Below are positions 1-16,581 of a stretch of 64,000 nucleotides of DNA, piece after piece. Origin of the DNA: Chlorokybus atmophyticus. Its lineage: Eukaryota; Plantae; Mesostigma and Chlorokybus algae. Both the position numbers and the translations under genes were made by a program. Where the stretch lies: NCBI GenBank assembly GCA_009103225.1, contig RHPI01001737.1:1037489-1101488 (forward strand). The letters are read 5' to 3'. The notes beneath the pieces are model-generated. The model had not been told where the DNA came from. It did no database searches and saw only the letters and a program-made list of their open reading frames with translations. Each line of letters begins with the position of its first letter. The first letter of the stretch is position 1.

Positions 1-700
1 ACACAGGAACCTGCGGTGTTGAGGCCGTATGGGAATGTGATGGTAGCCCGACTTCATGTCAAAACTAGCTTGCGCAAGCTAGGCATGCCACCATCCTTTG
101 TGCGTGTAGTGTAGAATGTCGGATAAGTTTTCATAATGAAAAGGAACGTGTGCTAAAAAGAGATTCACATAGCGCAAGTCAATAACCAGCCTGAGCTTTG
201 GTTGCGTAACCACACCCATCCCCGACACCACTTGCTGAGCTGCATCCACGGACACAGGTGTAATAGCACCAGTGCACACCAAGGTGCTCAGCTCATTCTG
301 CACGAAGGCAGCGTGCTCTGTCACCGAAGCTCTATTGCGGAGCTGCATCGAGGTCAGAGTGCGTTTCAACAACGCTGCTCTGCGGTGCGCGCAATCTAGG
401 CCTTCTTCCCTCAACATCATTTCCAATTGGTTCCGCGTTTTAGGGGAAGCAGCAGCCGTACCCACAAATGCAATGGCAGACCATGCCGTATCCAGCCCAA
501 CACTTTTTCCGCAGCTGGATGCTCCGTGTGCTCCAGCCAACATTCCCACGCAGCTGCGTGGTGAGTTGGCAACGCAGCTGTGAAAAGCGTGGCATCATGC
601 ATGATGCCACGCAACTGACCCAACCACTCAGCCTCTGTACAGTCCGGAAGAACAGGTTCTGCTGCCAGGCAGGAGAGCTGGCGCAGCACGTGCATTACAA
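1..700 (-). pseudogene. Reverse transcriptase fragment (DIRS-like), frameshifted with an in-frame stop
   Basis: The RT motifs are split across ORFs 417-1067 and 79-549. A TAG lies between WWHA and SFDMKSG. Confidence 0.75.
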
Positions 701-3700
701 CGCGTCGCTGCTTGTCTTGAGACCAGGGCGACGATAGCCTTGGCGTTGGCCATACCATAGGTGACACTGCTGCTGGCTCCGCCAGCAGAAGGGGTTGCTG
801 CGCAAGCAGGTGCACGGCCTGCTTTGCAGCGTGGTTCGGATGTTCCTTGCCTGCAGACAGCTCCGGCGCCCACGAGACATCATGCTGGTCGCATGAGGGT
901 GCTGCGCATTGGCTTGGATCCCCAACTGCAGCAGAAACAGCAACTGTAAGAGGAACAGTTCGTGCAGGCGCGGCCATGGGCCCGGCATTTCCTGACGCAG
1001 CTCCCTCGTCAGCCCCATGCTGAGCAGCAGCGGACGACAGGACAGTGTACTCAGCTGCAGGGTACAACAGACAACGCGGTATCTCATCATGATCTCCTGA
1101 TCAGGAGAAAATGCTGCAGAAGATGCCGCAATGCCGCAATTATGGCGACGGGCTGATCACGCGCCGAGCCATGCAGCGACTGCACGGCAGACTGTGCCTG
1201 TGCCTGTGCACGGCAGCTGTGGTGCCAAGGCTGCAGGTGGTTCAGCGCGCGCCGGTGACGTGGTCACAGGCCGTCGTGCAGGCAGAGTATGGTCGCATGC
1301 GTGTGGCGACACTGCATGCGTCGTAGAGACACTGCAGATGGGCCAGCAGCGGTGGGCCTCAGACGCCATGTGACACAGCGACACTGCGTGCCATACTGTG
1401 CGGAGCAGACTGCAGGCGCATGCACATGCAACACACAGCCAGCACAGCAGTATGGGCGTTTATACATGTTAAAATGGAAAAAACAGTGTTGGCCACACAC
1501 GAACAGCGTGGGCACAGCTGACAGCCGCCCACCAACAACTAGCTAATTACATAGCTTAACTACTCACGCATTTTCTTCTGCCGGCGCTGCGGCAATCTTT
1601 CGCCAGGGGCGCTTGTCCTGCTGACGTCCGCCTCCCACATTGCTGCGGTTGGTCATGGCGTCTGTCTTTGTCCGTATACGTCGGCGTGTCTTGCTCACGC
1701 CGTCTGTCATGGTGACCAGCATCCTTGCTGCCCACAATCCTGAGCGTGGCATAGTAAGCAACAAAGCGCGGCATGCATGCAGCGCAGATGTACACAAGGG
1801 CACGGCTACTGGCCACCATGCACAGGCCGCCCTTAAACAAAAAAAACACCTGGCAACGTGCTGAAACTGACTGCGATGCTGCGCAGCCGTGTGCCGCACT
1901 TCACTGTACAGGTTGAGGATTTTGTCAATGAGATGAGCCTCCGTATATGTCTTCGAGAGCTTTGTCTTGGCCGCTTCCAACAAGCGTGCACAATGTACAC
2001 TGAATGAAGCGGCGTTGTCTTCTCCAAACTCGCGGAACAAGCTAGCTTCTAGCAGCACATGTACATATGCCGCCATGAGCGGGTACCTTGAATCCGTGAC
2101 GAGATCGGAACGCCTCCACATGTTGAGGAGGCCTCGCATGGACGTGTCATTGTTGATGCGGTTTACAATGTTTTGCCGCACCCGCACATAATGAGATGTG
2201 CGAGTGAATTGCATGACATGCATGCCGTCGGGTGCAAGCACCATGCCGTTTGTGTTGGCGAACCCATCTTCATCCTCGATGGGCGGGAGTGTGCGCGGGG
2301 GCATCCACGAGAAACACACATGAAGCGGGAACTTGTGCTTTGAGTTGTAAGGGTAAGATTGTGGTGTTGAGAGCCTAGTGCGGAATCCTCCACGCCGTCA
2401 ACACGCGCTACCAAGCATTCACCACTCATGCTAGGTACGTACACCACCTTGTTGACGGGGGCGTGGAGGTCATGAGGAGGAGCCACGTCCTCACTACTCG
2501 CCGCCCCCATCTTCCTCGCTTGATTATAAGGCCACGTAGCTCTCCACGGCAGCGGTGAGGGCATGGAAGGCCAGCTGCAGCGGCAAAGTCACATTGGCAG
2601 CGCCGGCGCCCTGCGCTCCTGGCAGCACGCAGGGCCTCCATGCGGGAACGGCGGGAACCGGAGGAACCGCTCCTTCCGAAGGAAAGGGTGGAGGTGGCTG
2701 ATAGGGGAGAGGTGGGGGAGGTTGCGCCGCCTGAAGAAGTGGTGTAGGCGCGTAAGACGTGGCCTCCAGTTGTGGGGGAGAGTGGCGGGAGGAATGAGCG
2801 CGGCTCCGTACTGGGGCTCTGCGCCTGGCAGGGCTGCGGCTGCGACTGCGGCTGCAGGTCCTGCTGCGGGTGGGGCTCTGGCTCCGGTTCCGCTCCCACA
2901 ACGGCGTCCATGATGACGCCGTCGGGGAGCTGCTGCGCTGAGGGCGCTGCAGGTGGCGGGAGCTGCAGCGAGGGCTCCGTTGGGGGCTCCGCCTCGGGCT
3001 GCAACTCCGCCTGCGAGTTGGAGACTTGCTGCGCCTCCAATGCGGGCTCAGGTGCTGGCGCCAAGGCCTCCTGGGGGCCTGCTGGTGCCGGTGCTGGCTG
3101 GCGCGGTGGGGAGATGCCGACCCACCTGCCATGCGGGTTAGGAACAGTGCGGCGCAGGGTGGTGCGCTCCCTGCCAAACACCGTACGCAGGCGATGCGCC
3201 CGCGGTGTTGCCGCCGGGTCATGCAGGAGAAGGGGCAGGGACACGACGATGACGTCACGCCACACACCTGCCTTACACACCTGCAGCAAGGCTTGGCGGG
3301 TTTGCGGAGCTGAAGGGGCGCCGAGTTTGACCTCCACCACCAGCCGGACCTCCTGCAGGCCGAGCAGCGAACCAACTCTAATCACGACGCGATCGTGCAG
3401 GGGACGAGTGTCGGAGTAGCGGACATCCACCTGCTTGGTGATGTCTATCGCCAGCAGGTCATCCACGACAACACCCAAAGCTACTTGCTGGCGCCAAGCA
3501 CACAGCTGCACGGAGCGAAAACTGCTCCCCAGCAGCTGCTGCTCGATGCCATTCTCCGGCGGCAAGAGAAAACGCTCCGCAGCCTGACCTGGAGGCTCCA
3601 GCGGTGACCAATCGTGCGCCGCTGAGCCAGGACCGTTCTGCATGCCAGCGGCTCACATGCGCACTTGAGCAAGCACGACGTTGATGGCGCCCACAGCGCC

Positions 3701-3900
3701 AACAAGAACTAATAACTGCTGCGGTTTCAGCCACAGCAGTTGTTCACTTGCCAAGCTTGGCAAGGCTGCCTGGCTCCTGGGCACCGCCCATCAGGCCGGC
3801 ATCGCTGGCTACGGCGGCGTCATGCCCGAGGGGCAAGATGACGCGACTGCGCACAACAGGTGCGCACAAGCATGCTGTTCTTGTGCGTCCTCAGACGCAG
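1..3900 (-). mobile_element. DIRS-like (tyrosine-recombinase class) retrotransposon remnant, runs off the window start
   Basis: The minus-strand ORFs carry DIRS-type RT motifs: FTAALPTHHAAAW...KVLGWIRHG, KLRLVIDLRYVNLFL...FHYENL and, at 1-60, FDMKSGYHHIPIRPQHRRFLC. Upstream ORFs at 1564-2319 and 2426-3643 occupy the gag position. The recombinase is not inside the window and the right boundary is approximate. Confidence 0.7.
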
Positions 3901-4010
3901 CAAGAGCATGCTTACAGAGAGGCACTCGCTAGCATATAGGCTAGCGAGTTTGAATGCGTGAAAACGCTTAATTATATCATGTTGACGCGCGCCGCAGCAG
4001 TTGCAGTGAC

Positions 4011-4049
4011 CGTCAATGACGGACCGTCAGTGACGGTCCGTCATTGACG
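4011..4049. repeat. Perfect inverted repeat, 19-bp arms and 1-nt spacer, built from TGACG/CGTCA units
   Basis: CGTCAATGACGGACCGTCA-G-TGACGGTCCGTCATTGACG. Confidence 0.95.
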
Positions 4050-4661
4050 CGCACGCTCGGCAGTCGCTCGGCCTGCCGCGAGTAAGGTATAAACATGGTC
4101 GTATTATAGGACGTACTACGGGCGTATGTTGCTTTATGATGTGAATACTAGTATTTTTACGTATTCTATGTTGAAAATGGTCGTATGGTGCAACTGTGAT
4201 GAGAAGGCATTCTGCCCGTTGCAAGTAAGAGAGGTTGAGGAGGCTCAAAGCAAGGGGGTGGACAGATGCGATGATGCGTGTGGGTGAAGGCGAGTGAGGA
4301 GGTCACTGGCATTTTCGATACGCGAACACCAGCTGAAGGGGGTGTATTGCGCGCTTGTTGCGAGTGTCGTATCATGTGTATGAATATGTACTAGTGGGGC
4401 AGCTTCGGGAGGTTCTTGAGCTAGCATACATGCATGGTGGAAGCTACAACACGTGAAGATGAGGAAGGTGCAGCATTATAAGGACATGACGAGCTGGTGG
4501 ACGACATCCTCAAGCAAAAACGGGATATGGCATGATAACACATTCATACCACTGGCACTTGAGCCATACGGCCTGCTAGGAGAGCCTCCGGTGGATATGA
4601 TATCGTAGTGCGCATGTTGCGTGATCGAGGATCGCCGTCTGCTCACCCATGAAACGTCAAT

Positions 4662-6295
<1,634 letters not shown>

Positions 6296-6296
6296 N

Positions 6297-8790
6297 GAAA
6301 GCCGGCAGCCCTCCCGCAGTTTCACCCTTGTGTTGCGAGTGGACGGATTCACATCAGGCCAACATGTGCACAAGATGACTCACGCGCGTGCGTGCGTGCG
6401 CGTGTACGTGCGTGTAAGTGTGTGCGTGCCTATCATAGGCGCATGATGCGCGTGCATGTGCATGTGTCCAGTTGCACTACAAACTGCCTAGTGGGAAATC
6501 GACATTGATTTTACCAACAATTGTGTTAATTTAACAGACGACAAGTTGGTTTAAATGTCAAGATTAACATATATATTGATAACATCAATATTTACGTTGA
6601 TTTGCATTTCATGTGACCAACTTCCGACTGCCCTGGATGTGGATTTTGTCCTGTAAATGTTTATGGACAATTAAGCACGACCTGCTTGCGCAATCTTATA
6701 CACCGCACAACATAGCAGCGTGCATGTCGAGAAGATGAATATGGTTGGCAGATTAATTAACATATCATGTGCGTGCACGTGCGCGTGTACATGTGCGTGT
6801 GTTTACAGATTTAAGGGAAGGAGTTTGTGTGTGCAACTACCGTTACTGTTGTCGTGGACGGGTCTTGCACAAAGACTCCAGGGGCAATCAGGGCATCCTG
6901 AAGGTCAGCGGGTTGAATGCTTTAGGTCGTTGTGCGTGGAGGGCACCTGGCAAGTGCTGACGGTGCCACCGTGCACGGTGCTGCTGTGCCTTCCATGCAG
7001 GCAGGAGACATTTAGTGGATGACAGCTGGAAAGGTAGGCAGTTGCAATGAAGTATGCGACAACAATAGCGCAACCAGTGAGTGCTGACTCGCCTCACACA
7101 CTTGTGGATAGGGCATTGTGCATGCTGAGCACCCCCATGGACCTGCTATCGCGCGCTCCATGCAGCTGTGGCTCAACCTGCCTCGCGAGCACAAATTGTG
7201 CCAGCCTCGCTACCAGTTACTGCAACGGTCGGTCGTGTGCACATCAATCACCTTTGACCTTTGAGGTGTTTCTTATGAATGTCATCTGCAAAGTGTCAAT
7301 GTTCACCGTCACTTGTTGCGGGTGTTTCTACTTGACAAGCACGCCGCCCTCTCCACGCTCTTCTCTGCAATGTTGGCGCGTTTTGGCGCTGCGTGATGCA
7401 CGTGACAACGGACAACCATGGGACAATGCTATCGACGACCACAACAACCATGATAACTAGCTGGTGCCGCATGGGGACCATCGCAGCGAGTCTTACCGCA
7501 TATGACAAAGTTGCAGCCAAGGTGTGTATAACGTGTCGCACTTGCATCAGGAGATGCCACTTGACTGGTTGCGCACACAGCTGCATCAACACAACCTAAC
7601 TTGCAAGTGACAACGAGTATATGTGTCCGCGTCCGTCGTAGCTGCGCATATCTTACCCCGTGCAGTGCGCCTCCATCCACAGTGTATCGCTGGCGGGTGA
7701 CAGCCCATTAGTTAATACCTTGTGAGTTGCACATTAGCTACTAGTCTAGTGTGCACAAGCAGGTCAAACATTGTATACGTACATAGATCACGAGGAGTAA
7801 ACAGTAGCATGCAATGTACATGCTTGTTCCGTTTAAACATGTTTGTTTGATATGGTACTCACCAATATCTTGCACTGCCAACATGCATCTTGAAAGTAAG
7901 GACATTTATGTTGAATACATCAACATTCACATTGCGCGTGGTAGATCTTGGACGTTTGCATTGATCTAAGAGATGCATAAGTTTATTACATCAAAGTGGT
8001 CATTGCTGATATCAGCTTGTATGTTGACGCTCACCAAGGCGGTGCTCTTGACATTCATGTTGATGCAATCAACACTGGATGTCGATAGTATCAACGTGAA
8101 TATTGTTATTTTAGATAGTTGAAAGACCACTTGGCGATTTGTAGTGCATGCCGCTTTGAGTGTTGGTATCGTGTTGACACCCTCACCTGCAGTAACTGCA
8201 ACCACGGTATTGCCAGACTGTTTCAGGTAGTGCCCTTGCTTGGTTAACTTGCTTGTTGAATTGGCTTGGGTCAAACTCTCACCAGCTGTGTTGCCACAGG
8301 CTTGGGACACAGGCTGCACAGACGACAGCTCCATAGTGTTGTGTGGGCGCTGATATGCGTGCCTACTTGCGTGCGTGCGTGTGTGTGCGTGTACCTGGGC
8401 GATGAGGCGGTAATCGGAGTCTGGTCCGGGACGTGGGTGGGGATCTCGATGGCAATGTCGATAACGTAGGTGTTGGCAGGGCGCGTGGGGATGCCGCCGG
8501 GCTCAGAGAAATGCGCCGCCAGCGAGAGATCTGTCTCGGGATCGTACATTAACGCGTAGTTGCGCCCCTTCCTATCCTCCGTCCTCCTCGCACCCTGTCA
8601 ATTGCAAACCCCAGGTCCGTCAACACAACAACAACAACGGCAGCAGAAACGGCAATAGCAGCAGCGGAAACATCAAAACCGACAATAACAAGTTCAGACA
8701 TGCCTGGAAGCTGAACTTCTGTGAGTTGAACCCGGTGAAGTGCGGATCATGGCACCCGGAGGTGGCTGCTGAACCCCCGTTATCAGCAAC
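6297..8790 (-). pseudogene. Paralog B (end of exon 1, exon 2, start of exon 3), intron 2 split by an insertion
   Basis: GCHDPHFTGFNSQKFSFQ|gc, exon 2 GARRTEDRKGRNYAL...IAQ|gt ending at 8395, and exon 3 start HKGETAGGLPAF near 6300-6335. The exon 3 acceptor is mutated to AA. Confidence 0.75.
6475..8338. mobile_element. Non-autonomous CACTA/EnSpm-like insertion
   Basis: Starts CACTA (6475) and ends TAGTG (8338), flanked on both sides by TTG (3-bp TSD). It separates two halves of paralog B intron 2. TIR identity is weak beyond 5 bp and no transposase is recognisable. Confidence 0.6.
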
Positions 8791-9472
8791 CTTCTTAGTG
8801 ATCTGACATCTTGTAGGGCAGAAACATTGTCATGGGTGCAGGCATGTAATTGACATGTTTTGCATGTAACTGATATGTTTTGCATGCGCATATGATTACA
8901 CGGGTACATGGACATGCCATCACTCGATGTGTATCTTTTTTATTTTTTTAAAGGGGAAGAATTTTTCATAATCACTAATAGCAAAATCGTCACACCAAGC
9001 TATGCACTGTCATCCCTGCCTATCATTGCACAAGCATACTCACACGCATGTCAACGGCATGCAAGCAAGTATCAGACGAATACTCCTGCTGTTCAACTTG
9101 CCTTTTCCCGACAAACACTTGGCAGCAGCAACGTGCAAAACAGCAGAAGATCTAGAGCGGAACATGATATAGTGACAACATTGCCCGTCACTGACTTATC
9201 CTGTCTTGTATAGCCTTCTACACCGACAGTCTACCTACCTCATCTGTACATACCTACGTAACTACATGGCTCTTTGAATGCTGATGATACACTACTCTAA
9301 CCCAGCACCTACCATACAATGCGCCTCATGCTGAATCCAAAGTTTGCTGCTGTTCCTTTGTACTTCGGTCAGCGCCAGTTGATATCACAACAGGACTGCA
9401 GCCGAGTGTGACACTCGTCTCTAAAGAAGGCTCCTGAGCCTACATTAGAGGAAGAGACACTCACCGCGCGTG

Positions 9473-10940
9473 TTACTCGTCGTCCGCGCGCATGTTGCTG
9501 AAGGCCACTCTGGCCTGCTGCTTGGCCTTGTTGGTGGCGGTCTTGCCCTGCACAAGGCTGCGGCGGTAGCTGCTGCTATACCCACCAGGAATGGCCACCC
9601 TCTCCTCCTCCTCTTTCATTGCCATCAGAGCTGGCAGTCGCGCTGAGATCTCCTCCACGCCAAAGATGTCCTCCACCTCTGTGCATGGCACAATATCACC
9701 GTGAGCGACATGACTGATGCAGTTAGTGTTGGGGTGGAGACATGGTAATGTGCATACCGTAGTCTGCTTCGGTGCCATAGAGGAGGTTGGCGCTGTGCTC
9801 GCCCGAGCCGACCGTGACAGGCTCGCCATTGCTGTTGTAGCGGACGCGCGCGGTTTGTCCTGCATACGTGCACAAGTGTGTTTGCGTGCGTGCGTGCACG
9901 CATGTCCCACATGGTGGCTTGCATATGCATGCATGTGCGACAGCGTGCGCGTTTGTATGCGCCTGCACGTTCCTGTGCACCTCCCACTAAGGGCGAGTGA
10001 GTAATGAGTAACGTAACAATACAGTGGGTGTGTAAGTCAACGACAAATTAACGATTGAAATTGCACTCACCAAGGACTCCGTGCACAGATTCAGACAGGC
10101 CGACAGTGTCAGTCACGCCACAGTTGACGTGCGCAGTCTCATTTGACACAGTCACTTCCAGGCCAAGGCGCGCCGCCGTGACAATAACAAAGCTCTTGGA
10201 CACGCTCACAACTACGCCCTCAATGACGTTGGCATCCCCCTCCAGACGCGTGCCATTGTTCGCGAAGAAAACGCCACCACTGTTCCCAACAGCTGGCAGC
10301 CCTCCCGCAATCTCACCCTTATGCTGCACAGTGGAGGAGTACACATCAGGTCAACATGTGCACAAGACAACCCGTTCGTGTGCGTGTGCGCGCACACATG
10401 CAGATGTGTGCATGCGCCCGCACACCTGAGCGTGCGCGTGTGGATGTGCACGACTGTGTGCATTCATGCGTGTGCGTGTGCGTTGTGTGCATGTGCGTCT
10501 CCCTGAGCAATGAGGCGGATGGGGGTCTGGTCCAATGCGGGGGAGGGGATCTCCATAGCGATGTCGGTCATGTAGGTGTTGGCGGGGCGCGTGGGGATGC
10601 CGCCGGCCTCAGTTTGGTGCGCCGCGAGCCAAAATCCCGTCTCGGGGTTGTACACCATCGCATAGTTGCGCCCCTTGCCCTCCTCCGTCCCGCCCTGTTG
10701 ATGGCCCCAGGTCAATCAACACGACGGCAGCAACACCAGGTCCTAAACCCCAACGACCAGCACAACTGCTGCTGTTGTGCTACTGCAGCAACTGCAGTAG
10801 CACAACAGCAGCAGCAACAACAACATTGACATATTGAACACATGCCTGGAAGTTGAACTTCTGGAAGTTGAACTTCTAGGAGCCGGTCAAGTGAGGTCCC
10901 CGCAGCCACTCGCCGAGGTGGTGGCGCCGCCGGCGCTCTT
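9473..10940 (-). pseudogene. Paralog C (end of exon 1 to exon 5), lacking the signal-peptide part
   Basis: Exons 2-5 are recognisable and end RVAFSNMRADDE*. The DPHF motif region has a frameshift, a TAG and a 15-bp duplication. Intron 3 is about 210 bp with no CT tract. Confidence 0.8.
10766..10814. repeat. Perfect inverted repeat, 23-bp arms and 3-nt spacer, in intron 1 of paralog C
   Basis: CTGCTGCTGTTGTGCTACTGCAG-CAA-CTGCAGTAGCACAACAGCAGCAG. Confidence 0.9.
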
Positions 10941-10994
10941 CTTCTTTATGGGGCAAGAACACACCATCCTCAAACACGGGCTTGCACTCATATA

Positions 10995-11610
10995 CAAGGC
11001 TGAGGCCGGTGACGACTGCATGGAGTGCGTGCGCCGCAGCGTGCACAATGGCGGACAGCGCATCCACGAGATGGCAGCAGAGGTGGTTGTGACACTCTCA
11101 CACTCTCACACCCACACCCACCCACACTCACTCTCTCTCTGCGCCCGGCGTCGCGGCAAGGACCCCAACCGTACCGGTAAATACACTCCTGCCGACCGGG
11201 AACCCACGGCGTACAACTACGCCAAAGAAGAAGGCCTAGGACGTGATGAGCAAGAGAAGGAGCAGCAGCAGCAGCAGCAGCAGCGTCCCAGTGGCGGCAC
11301 CAGGCGTCGCGGGGAGGATCCAGGGTATCGCGCCGGGGCTGGAGGTGGGCGCGACTGCGACCGCGATGAGGATGAAGAGGAGGTCGAGGAGTAGGACGAG
11401 GAGAACCCCATGCGTGTTTGTACAGAGGTTTGTTATGGTGTGTCTGCTGAGCGCTGGGAGGAGAAGGTCCTTAAGACCCGGGGGGGTGGGCCTTTTGCGT
11501 GGCTGTCTGGTGTGTTTGCCAAGCATGGATGAACCACCGGCTGTTTGACACTGCAGTGTTGTGGAATGGTGTTTGAGCGAGGGTGACAGTATGGTGTATA
11601 TAAAAAGTGA
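10995..11610 (+). repeat. Dispersed repeat: spliced gene fragment with poly-Q/acidic tract, homologous to 48795-49545 in opposite orientation
   Basis: Both copies share GGQRIHEMAAE|gt, DPNRTGKYT..REPTAY, EQQQQQRPS, DEDEEE and the downstream non-coding sequence GACACTGCAGTGTT. Confidence 0.8.
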
Positions 11611-12489
11611 TCTTTCAGACTGACATGCAGACTTGTCCTGCAACACCCTGATCGTGTGACCGCAGCAGCGTTGTGCCTCTCTCATGATGCATGCTGTAGT
11701 CACTGTGTACAGCAGCGAACTGTTGGCCTTGCAGTAGGCTGCATCTCACTGAGATGTAGCTTTAACCGGAACATTGCGGAAATAGGTACACTGGTTGGCT
11801 CAAACCCTGCCAATTCATTCATCTGCTAAACCACGTCACTGTCCGCAAACTTCGGGTGCCGCGACCCAGAGTTTATCTCATACTAGCAACTAAATCAGTA
11901 AAGCAGTCTTTTTGACCCAGGCAGTGTGGTTGGTCAAAGTATCATGTTCGCGCGTTCTTTCACGGATACAGGCATCATCTTGCTGAAGGTACTGTGCTCG
12001 CATGCGCGTTATGCACACTATGCAGCATGGTCACTTGGGCGCAACCGCATGTCGCAACAGGACAAGTGCACCACGTATGTCACCCAGACATGGTTGCATG
12101 GCATCCCTGCAGACAATTGCATTGTATGTGCAAGCACTTCCAGCATATGTAAAAGCGTATGGTTTCAGCCAATGATGTTGATGCCAACATTGCTGTGCTT
12201 TCGTGTTACCTACTCAAACCAATAACATGAACTACGGGTTTGATTTACCCATGCCTACCACAAGTGTCTTGGGGTTTTCCTACAACACTAAGTCTATCAG
12301 ACATACGCACCCGCGCATACCATGCCAACTGCCTGGTTTGCTAGTCTTGTGAATGGTCCAGCAGCGCTTTCATCACGTCACAACAGCATGCGCACTGCAG
12401 AGAAGTATGATACTGGTAACAGATCATGTTGGACAGATCCATAAGTGTACGCACACATTGCATGTCTGCTTTATGTACAAGTTTTCCGA

Positions 12490-14530
<2,041 letters not shown>

Positions 14531-14635
14531 GCTAACGTTCCTTGGCTGCTACCAGAAATGCACACACAGTGCTTGCTTTGCTGTGCTAGCAGCCTTGCCT
14601 ACCGACGCTGCAGTTAAAGCACCTGTCTTGGGTTT

Positions 14636-14641
14636 TTTATA
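14636..14641 (-). promoter_or_regulatory. TATA box upstream of paralog D
   Basis: TATAAA about 110 nt upstream of the start. It lies in an upstream block conserved with paralog E (20460-20720) and matches the position of the paralog F TATA. Confidence 0.5.
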
Positions 14642-16280
14642 GTAGCGGCAGCCAATTGCAATGCACAACGACCCCAAGCAAGGCTCAGCAGTGCGTGGGC
14701 TTGAACCGGTCCCTTGCCGCATTTGCGGTGTGGTACAGCTCGGGCAAGCCGCCGCACGTACATCACACACAATGGCCCCAATACACTGGGTTGAGCTTAA
14801 GTGATCCAGCAGGCCTTTCCAATAGTAGTCTGTTAATTACCTACCAGTTGCTCAGCCATTCATCCGACTGGACTCTCAAACCCCACACAAACTCGTGATA
14901 GGAAAGCCTCTGCTGTCTGTGCGTACTAGCTTTGCTTTTGCTGTGTTGCGTACGTACAACATTGCATGCCACGGAGAGCGCCTACAGCACTACGAAATCG
15001 TTACGCAATAACTCCTCCGCGTGTCTCTGCTTCCTTGTTTCCTTTGCATGCTACGGACAGCGCCCTTGCACATGCATGTAGGGCCTGCCACGCTAGGTCT
15101 CCATTGCGGGCGCATGTTCTTGGCCGCTTGCGGCACAACCAAAGACTCCTTCCCTCGACCCTGTGCACACGCACACACGTTGCGCCCTCGCTGGCTGGCT
15201 GGCTGGCTCACGGCAGTGCAAGCAGTGTAAGCAGCGGGTTTCCACATGCGCCTCACCCTGACGAGAAAGAGGAGTTTGGTTCTGCGACGCACGTGTGCTC
15301 TTAGGCCTACCGGTACCGTCCAAGCCGCAGGACGCACGTTACGTGTTTTACACAGGCTTTAGAAACCTGACTGAGTCACTATATGTGTGTCGGGACTTAC
15401 TTACTGCTACTGACCCTTACTGACAAGTACCGCTGTACTGCTAGCTAAGCCTTTGCAGGGGGCAGCCCAGCCTTCGTTGATTTCCGTAACCTAGGTCTGC
15501 CCCTTTCAGATATAATATCAGCAGCAGGCCTATGTTATTACCAGTGGACGGACCACTGCGGACCCCACTCCTGCTCTGGCCTACAGCCTGATAACCATTC
15601 ATGTGTCCATCTGTCTGTCTGTCGTACTACTCACGCCGTGTGAAAGTTGACAGCAAGGCAGGGGCCACCAACCCTTGTGACTGCCTCCTTGCCGACAAGC
15701 CCTATTCATGTATTACAAGTTCAACTTACTCAGATAAATTTGAGGTTACACCATAACATTAGTCTAGGTAAGTTTTTACTTACCATGAGTAATACCCACA
15801 AGTGGACCACTGGCAGTGGTGATACAAGTTGCATCATGACAACAATGGCAACGCACAGACCGTCCACAAATACTCGGTTTGCACCCTGCCGCGATCGCGA
15901 GCGGCAGGCCATAAATCACAACATCATCTGATATTGTGGTACAATCTGAAAACAGGCGCAACAAGTTGCCTGGATATCATTGGCGCTTGCAAATATGCCA
16001 ACATTATGTGGAAATATCATGAGCTTGCATCTGACAGTGCCGCAGGCGCCGTAGTCTTGTAAGATAAAACTCACAAGCTCGACACTCGTGCGCATGCTGA
16101 TAATTATGCACAGACTTTGATCGCATGTAAAACGCCCCCTGTGCTGTTTCGCTTTTTCGCGTGGCCACAATCCGCAAGGCCACGAAGAACGAGACTACTA
16201 CCGTGTTTCGTCACAACTACCGAGAGGGGGGGGGGTATTTAAGTTAAATATTTAAGTTAAACAACCCCCCCCCCCCCCCC

Positions 16281-16581
16281 NNNNNNNNNNNNNNNNNNNN
16301 NNNNNNNNNNNNNNNNNNNNNNNNNNNNNNNNNNNNNNNNNNNNNNNNNNNNNNNNNNNNNNNNNNNNNNNNNNNNNNNNNNNNNNNNNNNNNNNNNNNN
16401 NNNNNNNNNNNNNNNNNNNNNNNNNNNNNNNNNNNNNNNNNNNNNNNNNNNNNNNNNNNNNNNNNNNNNNNNNNNNNNNNNNNNNNNNNNNNNNNNNNNN
16501 NNNNNNNNNNNNNNNNNNNNNNNNNNNNNNNNNNNNNNNNNNNNNNNNNNNNNNNNNNNNNNNNNNNNNNNNNNNNNNNNN
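16281..16581. other. Assembly gap flanked by poly-C runs
   Basis: N run. Confidence 1.
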
